From: Alphaproteobacteria bacterium
GTDB taxonomy: Bacteria; Pseudomonadota; Alphaproteobacteria; JAWKYA01
Assembly: GCA_041396725.1 (NCBI GenBank)
Contig: JAWKYA010000004.1
Coordinates: forward strand, 20,019-84,018
Direction: 5' to 3'
Length of the DNA stretch: 64,000 bases
Each line of letters begins with the position of its first letter. Position 1 is the first letter of the stretch. Below are positions 62,950-64,000 of this stretch, in pieces. A program made the translations under genes and the position numbers. The notes below the pieces were generated by a model that worked only from the letters and a program-made list of their open reading frames with translations, ran no database searches and was not told the origin of the DNA.

Positions 62950-63975
62950 TTAATCGATTGTTCCGGGTGGCACGCGGTCTAGGTACTTATTTTCAATGAA
63001 CCAGGTAATGGCGTCTTGAATAGCTTCGCGTGCAGGGCGAGGTGCATAACCGAGTTCACGCTGTGCGCGATCGATTTTAAAGTACATTAACTTGCGTGCT
63101 TGCTTAACGCCGGCAACAGTTGCAAAGGGCTCTTCTTTTCTACCAGATAATCTCGCCCAGAACTCAGCAGCATATGCTATAGGCAATACCACATTATGAT
63201 TCAGTTCAATCTTGGGAGGAGAGCGTCCTACCATTTGTGCAATTGTGGTTAGTAGTTCGCGTAAGGATAGGTTTTCTCCTCCAAGAATATATCGCCGCCC
63301 AATTTGGCCTTTTGCAAAGGCTATAAGGTGGCCTGCGGCAACATCGTCAACGTGCGCAAAATTTAAGCCAGTATTCACAAAGGCCGGCATGCGCCCGGCG
63401 GCTGCTTCGACAATCATACGGCCAGTAGGCGTTGGCTTGATATCGCGCGGGCCAATAGGCGTTGATGGGTTAACTATAATGGCTGGCAGCCCTTCGCTTG
63501 CAACCATATTGCGGACGACCTCTTCAGCCATATACTTTGATCGCTTGTAATCGCCGATCATGTCGCTCAGCTGGACAGGGGTATTTTCGTCTGCAGGTGT
63601 ACCATCTTTATTGAGGCCCAGAACAGCAACACTTGAGGTATAAACGATACGCGAGATACCTGCTGCGAGAGCGGCACGCATAAGATTTCGTGTACCCTCC
63701 ACATTATTAAGGTAGATTTCTTGAGGATTCCGTGCCCATAGCCGATAATCGGCAGCAACATGATAAAGGGCAGAACAATCCTTTGTTGCAGATCGCAAGC
63801 TCGCGGGATCACTAAGATCGCCGCGGACGATTTCTATATCTTTGAGGCCAGTTAAATTTGTAAGCGGGCTATTAGCGCGAAGGAAGACTCGCACAAAGTG
63901 ATCCTGTGCAAGAAGGTGGCGTAACACAGACGATCCAACAAAGCCACTCGCACCAGTCAATAAGATAGTCATCAA
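62950..63975 (-). CDS. hpnA: Hopanoid-associated sugar epimerase (NAD-dependent, extended SDR)
   Basis: ILLTGASGFVGS, YHVAADYRLWA, VYTSSVAVLG, YKRSK, NPSTPIGPRDIKPTPTGRMIVEAAAGRMPAFVNTGLN - a characteristic HpnA signature. Confidence 0.9.
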   Translation of the reverse strand: MMTILLTGASGFVGSSVLRHLLAQDHFVRVFLRANSPLTNLTGLKDIEIVRGDLSDPASLRSATKDCSALYHVAADYRLWARNPQEIYLNNVEGTRNLMRAALAAGISRIVYTSSVAVLGLNKDGTPADENTPVQLSDMIGDYKRSKYMAEEVVRNMVASEGLPAIIVNPSTPIGPRDIKPTPTGRMIVEAAAGRMPAFVNTGLNFAHVDDVAAGHLIAFAKGQIGRRYILGGENLSLRELLTTIAQMVGRSPPKIELNHNVVLPIAYAAEFWARLSGRKEEPFATVAGVKQARKLMYFKIDRAQRELGYAPRPAREAIQDAITWFIENKYLDRVPPGTID

Positions 63976-64000
63976 TTTTTCCTAAGAAGAAGTTGCCTCG

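Noticed and set aside
547-63812. Numerous 60-150 aa ORF-track entries overlapping real genes (e.g. 2403..2807, 13352..13810, 22972..23502, 34934..35389, 63212..63550)
   Set aside because: They lie antisense or out of frame within well-supported genes and have no recognisable motifs; they are shadow ORFs.
1-64000. Mobile elements, prophage, defence systems, tRNA or rRNA
   Set aside because: No transposase, integrase, phage, cas or restriction-modification motifs, and no tRNA or rRNA signatures were recognised.

Overview
Chromosomal segment of an Alphaproteobacterium (Rhodospirillales-like by gene content; GC by eye in the mid-40s %), almost entirely metabolic and transport genes. In order: malic enzyme (maeB) and mgtE; an interrupted leucine/isovalerate (liu) cluster; a hexuronate cluster (uxaC, TRAP transporter, mannonate oxidoreductase, manD, UxaA-family dehydratase); an RND efflux pair; uppP and corA; a Liv-type ABC transporter followed by a RidA-like/arylformamidase fusion and a flavin reductase-MarR fusion; a sahR-metF-split metH operon; a xylose ABC transporter with xylose dehydrogenase; the glycine cleavage operon under a tandem glycine riboswitch; glpK/glpD; an orphan phnM + DUF1045 pair; hsp20; dusA; an orphan Tat-type betaine-family binding protein; and the edge of a hopanoid locus (hpnM, hpnA) with an oppositely oriented GT4 + radical SAM pair inserted. 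I see no rRNA, tRNA, transposase, phage gene or CRISPR array. Many conserved genes are broken by small indels, often in homopolymer runs and clustered in patches. This looks like long-read assembly error, so broken genes are reported as CDS with caveats. All product calls come from recognising motifs by eye; no database search was run.
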